From an uncultured Candidatus Binatia bacterium (GTDB lineage Bacteria > Desulfobacterota > Binatia > UBA9968 > JAJDTQ01): a DNA stretch of 64,000 nucleotides. Positions 9,578-19,319 of the stretch are shown in pieces. Within the stretch, counting starts at the first letter, position 1. Every line of letters begins with the position of its first letter. Both the position numbers and the translations under genes were made by a program. Under the pieces are notes generated by a model. It was not told where the DNA came from and did no database searches. It saw only the letters and a list, made by a program, of their open reading frames with translations. The stretch lies in NCBI GenBank assembly GCA_965242525.1, contig OZ251459.1:896001-960000 (forward strand), in the 5' to 3' direction.

Positions 9578-11767
9578 ATGACCCTCCCTTTGCCACTCTA
9601 CGTCACCGAAGACAGCGCAACGTCGGTCCGAATCCGGAACAAGGGCGAGCGAGCCGCCATTGAAGAGGACGGGTTTCCGTTCGAGGAATTTTCGGACGTT
9701 GCCGAATTGGAGAGTTGGCGCAAGGAGATCAACCGCCCTCTCTACCACATGCACAAATGGTGGGCGCAACGCCTGGGATCGGTCTTCCGGGCCATTGTAA
9801 TCGGTACCCTGACGCCGGCCGGGACCGATGTGAAGGTCAGTTTCCATCGACCGGTGCGGTTTCCCGGTACGGTGGTCTTCGACCCTTTCATGGGTAGTGG
9901 CACGACGGTCGGCGAGGCTCTGAAACTGGGTTGTCGGGCCGTCGGACGCGACATCAACCCGGTAGCCCATTTCATCGTCAAGAACGCCTTGGCGCTCCAT
10001 CCCCGCACCCAGGCGATCCAGGAGTTCAAGGCCATCGAGCGCGACGTGGCGGCAAGGATACGACACTTCTACGAGGCGCGTTTGCCCGGGAGAGAGAAAG
10101 CGCAATGCCTGTACTACTTCTGGGTCAAGGTGCTGGACTGTCCGAACTGCAAAGAGGCAGTGGATCTGTTCCATTCCTACGTTTTTGCACGTCACGCCGA
10201 CCCGCGACGATACCCCATCGCGCAAGCCGTCTGTCCGTCCTGTGGCGCACTGAACCGGACGCGCCACGACGCGGAGGAGGTGACGTGCGGCGCCTGCCGC
10301 TACGTCCATGATCCCAACAGGGCGCCGGCCAACGGGGCGAAGGTTACGTGCCCGCACTGTCGGCATGTCTTTCCGGCGGCCAAGGTGGCCCGCGAAGCGG
10401 GACGGCCGCCTGAACATCGGCTGTACGCAAAGCTGGTTCTCACCGCTTCCGGCGAAAAGCGCTACCTGCCGGCCGATGACTTCGATTTGGCGCGATACCA
10501 GGAAGCCGTTGCCGCATTGAAGGGGAGGGAGAGCGCTCTTCCCGAAGGGGAATTGAAGCCCGGGTACAACACGAACCAAGCCATCAATTACGGTTATCGA
10601 CGCTGGCGTGAGATGTTCAACGAACGCCAGCTCCTGTGCCTGGACATATTGGCCGACCGGATTCGGTCGATAAACGGCAAGCCGTTGCGAGACCTGTTTG
10701 TCTGTCTGTTCTCGGGCGTGCTGGAATTCAACAACATGTTTGCGTCCTACAAGGGCGAGGGAACGGGCGCAGTCAGGCACATGTTCTCGCACCACGTCCT
10801 GAAACCCGAACGTACCCCCCTGGAGGCCAATCCCTGGGGCACACCCCGGAGCTCGGGCGCGTTCTCCACCTTGTTCGGGAGCCGGGTCCTGCGCGCCATC
10901 GACTATTGTGAAGATCCCTTCGAGATCGCTGTGGTCAGGAAGAACGGCAAGCCCTCCACGAGAAAGGTTTTCGGCCTGTCCGAGCCCATTGGATATCCGA
11001 TAACCGAGAGCTTCGACGCCTTTGACGCCGGAGGACGAGTCTATCTGTCGTGTGGCGATTCAGGCAACACGGATCTCTCGGAAGGCTCCGTCGATGCCGT
11101 GATCACAGACCCGCCTTTCTTCGACAACGTGCACTACTCCCAACTCGCGGACTTCTTCCACGTCTGGCAGCAGTACATCCTGGAGCCTCCGGAACGGCGT
11201 TCGACAACCACTCGGTCCGAGCGGGAAGTCCAACAGACCGAGGCCGGCGAGTTCACGACCCGACTGCGCGCAATCTGGAGGGAATGCCGCCGCGTCCTGA
11301 AGCCCGGCGGGCTCCTCGTGTTCACCTATCACCATTCCCGGCCCGAGGGCTGGAGCAGCGTCTTCGACGCGGTGACGGAAGCGGGCATGGCGATCGTGGC
11401 GGCCCATCCCATCAAGGCGGAAATGTCCGTCGCCATGCCGAAAAGCCAGGCCCGGGAACCCATCGACCTCGACATCATCTTGGTTTGCCGCAAGCGGGAG
11501 GACGTCCTGATTCGTTTGCAGGACCGTGAAGACGCTTGGGCGCAGGCGGTCAAGGTTGCCGACGGGCAGATCAGCCGGTTGCGTCGAGTTGGCCGCAAGT
11601 TGAGCCGTAACGACATCCGGGTCGTGGTCATGGCCCAGATCATTCGTTTCCTGTCCACCTGCGACGATCATCGAACAGCCCGCGCATTCCTGGAAGACCG
11701 GACCGCCAAGGTCGATGACATGATCGACTCTTTCGACGTCAGCGAGACGGGCGAACATGGACGATGA
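9578..11767 (+). CDS. Amino (N6-adenine-type) DNA methyltransferase, DUF1156-like N-terminus with Zn-ribbon insert
   Basis: HKWWAQR, FDPFMGSGTT (motif I), several CxxC pairs, TDPPFFDNVHY (motif IV). Confidence 0.88.
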   Translation: MTLPLPLYVTEDSATSVRIRNKGERAAIEEDGFPFEEFSDVAELESWRKEINRPLYHMHKWWAQRLGSVFRAIVIGTLTPAGTDVKVSFHRPVRFPGTVVFDPFMGSGTTVGEALKLGCRAVGRDINPVAHFIVKNALALHPRTQAIQEFKAIERDVAARIRHFYEARLPGREKAQCLYYFWVKVLDCPNCKEAVDLFHSYVFARHADPRRYPIAQAVCPSCGALNRTRHDAEEVTCGACRYVHDPNRAPANGAKVTCPHCRHVFPAAKVAREAGRPPEHRLYAKLVLTASGEKRYLPADDFDLARYQEAVAALKGRESALPEGELKPGYNTNQAINYGYRRWREMFNERQLLCLDILADRIRSINGKPLRDLFVCLFSGVLEFNNMFASYKGEGTGAVRHMFSHHVLKPERTPLEANPWGTPRSSGAFSTLFGSRVLRAIDYCEDPFEIAVVRKNGKPSTRKVFGLSEPIGYPITESFDAFDAGGRVYLSCGDSGNTDLSEGSVDAVITDPPFFDNVHYSQLADFFHVWQQYILEPPERRSTTTRSEREVQQTEAGEFTTRLRAIWRECRRVLKPGGLLVFTYHHSRPEGWSSVFDAVTEAGMAIVAAHPIKAEMSVAMPKSQAREPIDLDIILVCRKREDVLIRLQDREDAWAQAVKVADGQISRLRRVGRKLSRNDIRVVVMAQIIRFLSTCDDHRTARAFLEDRTAKVDDMIDSFDVSETGEHGR

Positions 11768-12653
11768 AGCGCCCGCGCGCGATGGTCCTGTCGGAGCGTC
11801 GCGGAATGGGAAAGGGATCGCACTTGTGGAAAGATCGGTCGTCGCCCGCGTCGCGACGGTCTCGGTAACAATGAAAGACCCTGTATCCGGGAGTGCTCTC
11901 GTTCGGCACGGTGCGCTCGATGGCCCCGACTCGACGCAAGGACGGATACTCGGTCTCAAGGTCGTCCCGGGCGTGGATCAACGTTGAGCGGCGATCGAGG
12001 AAGGCCGCGCCAAGAGGGTTGGCGAAAACCATCATGGGTCGAACCCGGTTGGCGCCGTCTCCATAAGTGCCAAGGCCGATCTCCTTGGAGCGCCGCCCGA
12101 CAATCGAGAGATAACGGTCGAAATCCGCGTCCAGCAGATCCCCGTCGCATAAGGCAAGGGCGGTCAAACGATAGGTCCGCCGCGCGCCCGGTACAGGCTC
12201 TTGGCAGACGAACAGGTAGTAACCCTTGACGTCGAGGACGACATCGTCAAGGGCGTAAACGCGAACGGTGCCGCACGGTGGCGTGGTGTTGTAGTCCAGC
12301 CCCGAATCGCGGGCGATGTCGCCGGAGCGCTGGCGTTCGAGTTTCTTGACCTCCAGGCCGAGGATGCGGCTCGGGTCCGCACGCAGGTCGGCCCGGGACG
12401 CACGGTTGCACATGGCCGGTCGATAGACGGCCAGATCGGGGGTGATGAGGGGTCCGTTGGCCTTGGCAACCTTGACTCCGTGGCGGAGACCGGTTTCGAG
12501 GACCTTGAAGACATGCTCGTCAAAGGGGTCGTCCTGTGTATTGAGCTTGTCCCGCAAGGAGTAGCGGCTCGGGTTTGTCGCGGCGTCGAAGAAACGGTTG
12601 CGCAGGACGAGGAAGGTCTCCACGCTCAAATCGGTCGGGGACTTGGCAATCAC
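11739..12653 (-). CDS. Putative Type II restriction endonuclease (PD-(D/E)xK)
   Basis: TPDL...LEVKK motif, NTTPP; directly downstream of a C-protein and convergent with the MTase. Confidence 0.65.
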   Translation of the reverse strand: MIAKSPTDLSVETFLVLRNRFFDAATNPSRYSLRDKLNTQDDPFDEHVFKVLETGLRHGVKVAKANGPLITPDLAVYRPAMCNRASRADLRADPSRILGLEVKKLERQRSGDIARDSGLDYNTTPPCGTVRVYALDDVVLDVKGYYLFVCQEPVPGARRTYRLTALALCDGDLLDADFDRYLSIVGRRSKEIGLGTYGDGANRVRPMMVFANPLGAAFLDRRSTLIHARDDLETEYPSLRRVGAIERTVPNESTPGYRVFHCYRDRRDAGDDRSFHKCDPFPIPRRSDRTIARGRFIVHVRPSR

Positions 12654-12889
12654 GGCGCGTCCGCTTCGTGGTCGAAGAGGTCCTTCGATGGAACGTCGAG
12701 CGCGCGAGCGATTTTCTCGACGTTGATGATGCTGATGTTGCGTTCGCCCCGTTCCACTCCGCCGACATAGGTACGATCAAGGCCGGACTTGAACGCAAGT
12801 TGCTCTTGGGAGAGGTTTCCGCGCTTTCGCAGGAGCCGCACCCTCTGTCCGAAAGCGACCCTGATGTCGTCAGCGACCTTTGCGTCCAT
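12650..12889 (-). CDS. XRE-family R-M controller (C) protein
   Basis: FGQRVR..R...LSQEQLA..SGLDRTYVGGVERGERNISI; overlaps the REase start. Confidence 0.85.
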   Translation of the reverse strand: MDAKVADDIRVAFGQRVRLLRKRGNLSQEQLAFKSGLDRTYVGGVERGERNISIINVEKIARALDVPSKDLFDHEADAP

Positions 12890-12912
12890 GACGCCAACCG
12901 ATCATATGTGAC

Positions 12913-12938
12913 GACGTTAAGTCCACGGTTTATGAGTA
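12913..12938 (-). promoter_or_regulatory. C-box operator
   Basis: Minus strand TACT-CAT-AAAC-CGTG-GACT-TAA-CGTC matches the GACT-N3-AGTC-(GT spacer)-GACT-N3-AGTC pattern, 23 nt upstream of the C-protein ATG. Confidence 0.7.
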
Positions 12939-13109
12939 TCATTCCGTCTGTTTTCCTGTACCGGCAGAGCCGGGGTCGGGACCCCGAACGGCCGGTTGGA
13001 CGAACCGCGCGGCAGCCGCCCGTGCAGCGGTCGTTGACAGACGCCACAGGCTCGTGTTTAATCCACGCGGTTCCGATCGAGGATACGGCAATCGGCAAGG
13101 AGGTGGCCT

Positions 13110-14093
13110 ATGAGTCGTCATGTTATCGGATGGGCGTTGGTCTGGATGGTCTGCTGGGCGTTCGCGCCGGCGCAGGCGGTCCTGGCGGAGGAGAAGTTCC
13201 CGAACCGGACCATCACGTGGTTGATCCCCTACGGCCCGGCAGGCGGGTTCGACCTGCACAGCCGCGCCATGATCATCGGCATGAAGAAAGCGCTGGGCGT
13301 CAACATCATCATCCGCAACCGCCCCGGAGCGGGCGGCAACATCGCCTGGAACCTCACCTGGGGCGCCAAGCCTGACGGCTACACCATCTCTACGGTCAAC
13401 ATTCCCGGGGCCATCATCTCCGAGTTGTTCAGTCCCACCAAGCCGGAGTACCGCCTGAAGGAGTTCTCCTGGATCGGGCAGATCTCCGCCGGCCCCTACG
13501 TCTTCGCGGTAGGCGCCAAGACGCCGTTCCAGAGCCTGGAAGACATGCAGAAGGCGACAGAGGTGCTGATTACCGGCACGGGAGTCGGCGGCACCGCGTG
13601 GGTCACCGAGGCCCTGACCGCATCGGTGCTGAAGTTCAACCACAAGTTCATCCTGGGCTACCGGAGCGCGCCGGAGTCGAACATGGCCATCGTCCGGGGC
13701 GAAGGCCACGCCCGGGCCCTGGGCCTGGACTCCCCGGGCCAGATGCGCTTCGTCCACGAAGGCGACATGCGGCCCCTGTGGGTCTATCTGGACAAACGCT
13801 CGCCGGACTTCCCGGACGTGCCCACCATCGGGGAGTTGGGCCATCCGAACCTGACGGTGCTTGCGGCGCACCGGGTGGTCACTGCTCCTCCGGGCATGCC
13901 CAAGGACCGGTTGGCTATCCTCCAGAAGGCCTTCGATGCGGCCACCAGGGACCCCGATGTGCTCTCCCGGTTCAACAAGATGAAGGCGAGGATCGACCCG
14001 GTGGTGGGCGAGGGCTGGGTCAATATGCTCAACGGCTTCTACGACCTGATCCGCGACAACGGGGACGTCTTCCGGAAGGCGTTGAAGAAGTAG
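13110..14093 (+). CDS. Tripartite tricarboxylate transporter substrate-binding protein (Bug/TctC)
   Basis: Signal peptide, FP.RTI..LIPYGPAGGFD, NRPGAGG, KPDGYTI, PDVPT. Confidence 0.92.
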   Translation: MSRHVIGWALVWMVCWAFAPAQAVLAEEKFPNRTITWLIPYGPAGGFDLHSRAMIIGMKKALGVNIIIRNRPGAGGNIAWNLTWGAKPDGYTISTVNIPGAIISELFSPTKPEYRLKEFSWIGQISAGPYVFAVGAKTPFQSLEDMQKATEVLITGTGVGGTAWVTEALTASVLKFNHKFILGYRSAPESNMAIVRGEGHARALGLDSPGQMRFVHEGDMRPLWVYLDKRSPDFPDVPTIGELGHPNLTVLAAHRVVTAPPGMPKDRLAILQKAFDAATRDPDVLSRFNKMKARIDPVVGEGWVNMLNGFYDLIRDNGDVFRKALKK

Positions 14094-14130
14094 CGGGCGC
14101 GGCCCGGGGGTGAGGAAGGAGGAGGACGCC

Positions 14131-14481
14131 ATGCAGGCAGTCCGACTATACAGCGGCGACGACGGCGAATCCCATTTCGAGGAGATCGACCTCGAGTTTG
14201 AACCGGATCGCCAGATGGAGGTCACGGCCATGGAAGCCGCCAAGGGCGTGGCCGTGCGCCGGGCGCCGCCCGGCGTGCTGCTGGACTGGCACCCGGCCCC
14301 CCGGCGGCAGTACCTGTTCACGCTGTCGGGGGCCTGGGACATCGAATGCGGCGGCGGGGAGGTGCGGAGGTTCCGGGCCGGGGACATCATGCTGGCCGAC
14401 GACCTGACCGGGCGCGGGCACCGGAGCCGCGTCATCGGCGACGAGCCCCACGTCTTCGCGGTGGTGCCGTTGGCGGACTGA
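14131..14481 (+). CDS. Cupin-fold hypothetical protein
   Basis: RLYSGDDGESHFE, DWHPAPRRQY, DDLTGRGH. Confidence 0.75.
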   Translation: MQAVRLYSGDDGESHFEEIDLEFEPDRQMEVTAMEAAKGVAVRRAPPGVLLDWHPAPRRQYLFTLSGAWDIECGGGEVRRFRAGDIMLADDLTGRGHRSRVIGDEPHVFAVVPLAD

Positions 14482-14615
14482 GGCCGCCCTTGCACTGGAC
14501 GAGTCCGTAGCTTGCGCAACCCGCACTCGTCTGTAACGCTGGAGGGAATGGTCGTGGCGCCGAAGTCCTCCACGACGGATGAGCGGAACGACGGTAGCAG
14601 GGAAGGAGGCTCCCC

Positions 14616-15602
14616 ATGCGGACGGACGACGATGTAGCAGGAACCGGCTTGCAGCCGCGGCCCTACTCCATGCGGCGCCCGCGGATGGCGCCCGCGCTGG
14701 GGCCGGCCACGACCCCGGACCTTCCCGGCTGTCGGCCGGTGCCTCTTCCGCGCAGCGACCTCGACGCCTACGAAGGGCGGTTCGAGTACTGGGACGGCGA
14801 CACCGAGACCGCCTGGGTGGTCAGCGAACCCACCGGCCTCGCCCACGAAGAGCCGTCCGAATCCCTGGTGGAGTTGTGCACCCTCATCGGGTTGGAGCGC
14901 GGCGCTTCCGCCAAGTTCTTCGGCTCGGTGGACCTGGAGTTGCGGGACGCGCGCGGAGAGCGGCGGAAGATACTGCAAGCCGACCAGTGCGTGTACCTGG
15001 ATCCGCAGCGGGCCCGGTTGCCGCAAGACGGAGGGTTGGTGGTGGGGGAGCATGACTATCCGGACGTGGTGCTGGAGGTCGATCACACGACGGACGTGCG
15101 GCGTTGGAAGCTGGGGATGTACGAGTCGTGGGGTTTCCCGGAGGTGTGGGTGGAGGTGCCGGATCTGTGGTCGGAGAGCCGGCCGCGAGGTTTGCGACCG
15201 GGGCTGACCATCCACGTGCTGGAGGAGGGAAAGTACCGGGAGACGGAGGAGAGCCGCGCGTTCGGCGGCTGGCGGGCGTCGGCGATCCATGAAGCGCTGA
15301 ACGAACGGAAGCTGACGGGTCGGACGCACCAGCGGCTGAAGCAGGTGGGTCGGAAGCTGGGGGAGCGAGACGGCACCACCCCGGACGATCATCCCGCGGC
15401 CCGCTCCCTGCGGGCGGAAGGTTTTGCTGAGGGCTGGGCGAAGGCGGTGCGTCGGCTGCTGCTGTCCCGCGGCATTGCGGTTTCGGACGGTTTTCCCGCG
15501 GACATGCCCGGATTCGCGGAGTCGCCGAAGGACCTCGTCATGGCGGCGGCGTTGGCCTGCGACAGCGACGAGGACTTCCGCGTGCGCCTCCGCCGCGGCT
15601 GA
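14616..15602 (+). CDS. Uma2 family (DUF820) putative endonuclease
   Basis: RFEYWDG, HE, QAD, PDVVLEVD, KL.MY..WGFPEVW. Confidence 0.8.
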   Translation: MRTDDDVAGTGLQPRPYSMRRPRMAPALGPATTPDLPGCRPVPLPRSDLDAYEGRFEYWDGDTETAWVVSEPTGLAHEEPSESLVELCTLIGLERGASAKFFGSVDLELRDARGERRKILQADQCVYLDPQRARLPQDGGLVVGEHDYPDVVLEVDHTTDVRRWKLGMYESWGFPEVWVEVPDLWSESRPRGLRPGLTIHVLEEGKYRETEESRAFGGWRASAIHEALNERKLTGRTHQRLKQVGRKLGERDGTTPDDHPAARSLRAEGFAEGWAKAVRRLLLSRGIAVSDGFPADMPGFAESPKDLVMAAALACDSDEDFRVRLRRG

Positions 15603-15688
15603 CGACTTCGGGCCGGAAGCGGGCGAGGGACGCTGCGCGCCAGACGGTCAAGGTCTTCGGGGTCGCTCCGTTCGAGGTTGCCGCAACT

Positions 15689-16471
15689 TCAGGAACCGGC
15701 CGCGGCCGAGACCCCGCCGTCCACCACCAGGGTCGCGCCGGTGACGTAGGACGACTCGTCTCCGGCCAGGAACAGGATGGCGCAGGCGATCTCCCGGGGC
15801 TCGGCCCAGCGCTTCATCAGGCTGTGCCCGGCACCGGTGCGGCGCAACTCCTCTTCGGTGACCCCCCGCGCCTCGGCCCGCCGGATGTGGAACGGCGTGA
15901 GTGTAGGGCCGGGGCAGACGGTGTTGACGCGGATTCCGTGGCCCACTTCCTCGATGGCCAGAGTGCGGCTCAGGCTCACCACCGCGGCCTTGGTCACGTC
16001 GTACTGTCCCATCCCCGCCCGCCCGGCGACCCCGAACACGGACGACACGTTGACGATGCTGCCGCCTCCCCGAGCGCGCAGCAGGGGGACCGCGGCCTTG
16101 CAGCAGTGCGCGGTGGCCATCAGGTTCACGGCGAGGATGGAACCCCAGCTCTCGGGGTCGGCGTCGGCCAGAGCGCCGTACACGCGGATGCCCGCGGCGT
16201 TGACCAGGACATCCAGGCCGCCGAAACGCGCGGCCGCGTCGGCCGCGGCACGGCTCGCTTCGTCCTCCCGGCTCAGGTCCGCGGCCGCGGCCAGCACGTC
16301 CGCGGCGGGGAACCGGCGGCGGACCTCTCCGGCTGCGGCCTCGGCCGCGGCGCGGTCGCGATCGACGATGGCCACGCGGGCGCCTTCCTCGGCGAAGAGC
16401 AGCGCGGTGGCCGCGCCGATGCCGCCTCCGCCGCCCGTGACCAGCGCGGCCTTGTCCCGGAGCCGCCCCAC
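15689..16471 (-). CDS. SDR family oxidoreductase
   Basis: TGGGGGIG, NAAG, NVSS, YDVTK, RVNTVCPG. Confidence 0.93.
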   Translation of the reverse strand: MGRLRDKAALVTGGGGGIGAATALLFAEEGARVAIVDRDRAAAEAAAGEVRRRFPAADVLAAAADLSREDEASRAAADAAARFGGLDVLVNAAGIRVYGALADADPESWGSILAVNLMATAHCCKAAVPLLRARGGGSIVNVSSVFGVAGRAGMGQYDVTKAAVVSLSRTLAIEEVGHGIRVNTVCPGPTLTPFHIRRAEARGVTEEELRRTGAGHSLMKRWAEPREIACAILFLAGDESSYVTGATLVVDGGVSAAAGS

Positions 16472-16480
16472 CGGCGTCGG

Positions 16481-16939
16481 CTACCGGGAGTGTCCCAGAG
16501 CGGCCCGAAGGGCCACGTCGGCCGCGGGGGACGAGAAGCCCTCGGCCCGGAGCGCGGCCGCGGCCACCTCCTCGTCTTCCTGGGGCGCTGCGCCGCTCAC
16601 TCCGATGCCGCCCACCACTCGGTCACCCATCCAGACGGGCAGGCCGCCTTGGCCGATGGCGATGCGGCCGCCGTGCACCACCTGGACGCCGGTGTAGAAC
16701 ACCGGCTTGGGGTTGGCCTTCTCTTCCAGCACCGCGGTGCTCTGGCGGAAGGCCGCGGCGGTGTAGGCCTTGGCCCGGGCGATGTCCGGGGCCACGAACT
16801 TGGTCCCGTCCATGCGCCCCGCCCACAGGAAGTTGCCGCTTGCGTCCACCACCGTGACCGCCACCAGGTAACCCTTTTCCTCCGCGGCGCGAACGCCCGC
16901 GTCCACCAGCGCCCGCGCCTGTTCCATTCCAAAGCTCAA
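16481..16939 (-). CDS. GlcG/HbpS family heme-binding protein
   Basis: VAVTVVDASG, RMDG, AKAYTA, GGLPV, GGIGVSG. Confidence 0.9.
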   Translation of the reverse strand: MSFGMEQARALVDAGVRAAEEKGYLVAVTVVDASGNFLWAGRMDGTKFVAPDIARAKAYTAAAFRQSTAVLEEKANPKPVFYTGVQVVHGGRIAIGQGGLPVWMGDRVVGGIGVSGAAPQEDEEVAAAALRAEGFSSPAADVALRAALGHSR

Positions 16940-17247
16940 AGTCGGTCTCCTCTCTCCGTTTCACCGGTCCCGGACCCGGGACCGTCCTCGAGTCCGCGGC
17001 CCGTCCTCATCCACCTTGCCAGCGGCGGGCGGGGAACGGGTATCTCCGCCCCCGCGGCGAAGAGCTCGCGCACCATCCGCCCGCGGTTCCGGTCCAGCTC
17101 GGCCAAGGCCTCTTCCAGCGAGAGTCCCTCGCCGAAACATCCGGGCAGTTCCGGGTGCGCCGCGCGCCGCCGCCAGCGGCCGTCCGCGCCCCGCACCGGG
17201 GCCACGCACAGCACGTAGGGGACGGCCAAGTGTTCTTCGAGCGTCAT
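16936..17247 (-). CDS. Orphan HicB-like (RNase H-like fold) small protein
   Basis: MTLEEHLAVPY...HPELPGCFGEG.SLEEAL.EL...IPVP; ATG overlaps the Rieske stop (ATGA). Confidence 0.7.
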   Translation of the reverse strand: MTLEEHLAVPYVLCVAPVRGADGRWRRRAAHPELPGCFGEGLSLEEALAELDRNRGRMVRELFAAGAEIPVPRPPLARWMRTGRGLEDGPGSGTGETERGDRL

Positions 17248-18545
17248 GCGATGCAGACGCGGTCCCGGACCGCCTCCACCCACGCCGTGTCCTGGGGCAA
17301 CCGGACCGAGGCGGCGCGGACGTGGTGGAGCTTCGGGTCCCGTCCGGGCGGGTCGCATTGCTCCGACCGCAGCGTCCTGGCCGAGTCGATGAGACAGCGG
17401 CGCACCCGCACGATGGCGGTGTCGCTGGTGCCCAGCCGTTCCCGGGTGCGGTCGTAGATGGGCCCCTGGCTCTCGGTCATGGCGCGGTCCTGCATGCCGA
17501 AGCCGGGTATGCCGCAGAACATGCGGTCGCGGTGCGCCTCCCAGTCCATGCCGTAGTCCCCGGCCGGTCCCTCCGCGGGCCGGATGTCTCCGTAAGGCCC
17601 GTTGGCGGGCGGCCCGTAGGCGGTGATGTGGGCGCTCATGCCCGCGTTCAACGCCGCCACTTCCTCCTCCTTCAACGGCCGCGTCGGGTGCCACGTGATG
17701 GTCCAGTTGACCAAGTGCTCGTCGTCCGCGGGAACCCAGGCGTGGGAATGCAGGATCGGGTCTTCGTCCTGGGGCGGCGGCATGGTGTAGAACGGCATGA
17801 TGAACTGGGTGATGCGCCAGTAGTAACGGTCGCCGCCGATGTTGCGCCGGGCCCCGATCATGACCCCGTAGTCCGTGTCCACCACCTCGAACCGGGGGCT
17901 GCGGTCCGACGTCTCCACCGCGCTCCCCACCCCGAACCCCGCCTTCTCGATGCTCTCCAGGGACGCCCGGTCCGCGCTGTCCAGGGGCGCGTGCAGGAAC
18001 GAGATATGGCTCGAATCGATGCCGCCTTCCATGGCCTGGAAGTAGTTGCTGTGCTGGTAGTACTTGGAGATGAACCGCTGGTTTTCGGGCAGCCCCAACC
18101 ACTCGAAGTCGGGCAGATCGGTGAGGTGGGCGGGGTCGCCCATGAACGCCCAGACCACCCCGCCGCGCTCGCGGCAGGGGTAGGCGCGGTGGCGCACGGT
18201 GTGCTTGAAGTCGGTTTCCGGGGCCTCGTTGGGCATCTCCAGGCACCGGCCGTCCAGTCCGTACTTCCAGCCGTGGTAGCAGCAGCGCAGGCCGTCGTCC
18301 TCCACCCGGCCGAAATAGAGGGACACGCGCCGATGCGAGCAGAACTCGTCCAGCAGGCCCGGTTCGCCCCGGACGGTCCGGAAGGCCACCATGCTCTCGC
18401 CCAGCAACCGCACCCGCTTGGTCCGGCCTCCCGCGGGGAGCTCGCCGGAAAGCACCACCGGCGCCCAGTACCGGCGCATCAGGTCGCCCATGAGTGTCCC
18501 GGGACCGACCCGGGTCAGGATGTCGTTGTCCTCTCTGCTCAACAT
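17244..18545 (-). CDS. Rieske non-heme iron oxygenase (phthalate dioxygenase/LigX-like)
   Basis: VGPGT.MG..MRRYW, CSHR and CCYHGW, EGGIDSSHISFLH, QD.AMTESQG. Confidence 0.93.
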   Translation of the reverse strand: MLSREDNDILTRVGPGTLMGDLMRRYWAPVVLSGELPAGGRTKRVRLLGESMVAFRTVRGEPGLLDEFCSHRRVSLYFGRVEDDGLRCCYHGWKYGLDGRCLEMPNEAPETDFKHTVRHRAYPCRERGGVVWAFMGDPAHLTDLPDFEWLGLPENQRFISKYYQHSNYFQAMEGGIDSSHISFLHAPLDSADRASLESIEKAGFGVGSAVETSDRSPRFEVVDTDYGVMIGARRNIGGDRYYWRITQFIMPFYTMPPPQDEDPILHSHAWVPADDEHLVNWTITWHPTRPLKEEEVAALNAGMSAHITAYGPPANGPYGDIRPAEGPAGDYGMDWEAHRDRMFCGIPGFGMQDRAMTESQGPIYDRTRERLGTSDTAIVRVRRCLIDSARTLRSEQCDPPGRDPKLHHVRAASVRLPQDTAWVEAVRDRVCIA

Positions 18546-18729
18546 GCTGCGTCCTCGGCTGGCGTCCTCGCGCCCCGCGGCAAGGCGTCCCGTATGACTA
18601 CAATCGCGTTCGGGTTTGTGTCAAGTTTCAGGGGTCGTCCCGTGGTGCTCCGAGGCATCGGTCCGACGGTTCCAGGCCGGTAACGCTAAGCACATCCACA
18701 TGAGATCGCGCAAGAAGGAGAGGCTCGGT

Positions 18730-19242
18730 ATGGACGCCGGTTTCTGGTTCATGTTCGCGGCCACCGTCGTTTGCGGTGTCTTCGTGCTCCATCACCACGG
18801 CGCGCAGAGGGCGCTGGACGGTCTTTCGAGCGGCGGCCACCTGCTGATGGCGACCCTGCCGAAGATGGTGTTCGCCTTCGCCGTGGCCGGGTTGATCCAG
18901 GTCCTGGTCCCCGCGGACCTCATATCCCAGTGGATCGGCGAAGGCTCCGGCGTGCGCGGGCTCCTCATCGGCACCGCCGCGGGCACGTTCACTCCGGGCG
19001 GTCCCTTCATGCACTTTCCCATCGTCGCCTCGTTGCTCAACTCCGGGGCCGGCGCCGGCCCCATCATCGCCTACCTGACGGCGTGGTCCCTGCTGGGGCT
19101 CCACCGGTTCATCATCTGGGAGGTCCCGCTGCTGGGTTTCGAGATCTCGGTGGTGCGTTTCACGGTGAGTCTCGTGCTGCCGCCGTTGGTGGGCCTCGTG
19201 GGAGGCTACGTCTTCCATCACCTGCCGGGCAAGATCGCCTGA
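18730..19242 (+). CDS. Predicted permease (DUF318-like)
   Basis: Hydrophobic; GTFTPGGPF..FP, GAG.GP..AYLTAWS; RBS AAGGAG. Confidence 0.75.
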   Translation: MDAGFWFMFAATVVCGVFVLHHHGAQRALDGLSSGGHLLMATLPKMVFAFAVAGLIQVLVPADLISQWIGEGSGVRGLLIGTAAGTFTPGGPFMHFPIVASLLNSGAGAGPIIAYLTAWSLLGLHRFIIWEVPLLGFEISVVRFTVSLVLPPLVGLVGGYVFHHLPGKIA

Positions 19243-19319
19243 GGCGCCGCGCTCCCGGCGTCCCCGCGTCCCGCGAGAGGGAAGGGCAGGGAAGGGGGTC
19301 GGCAGGCAGCGGCGGACCG

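Noticed and set aside
14616-15602. Uma2 gene as part of a defence system
   Set aside because: Stand-alone, with no partner genes; the family is commonly dispersed.
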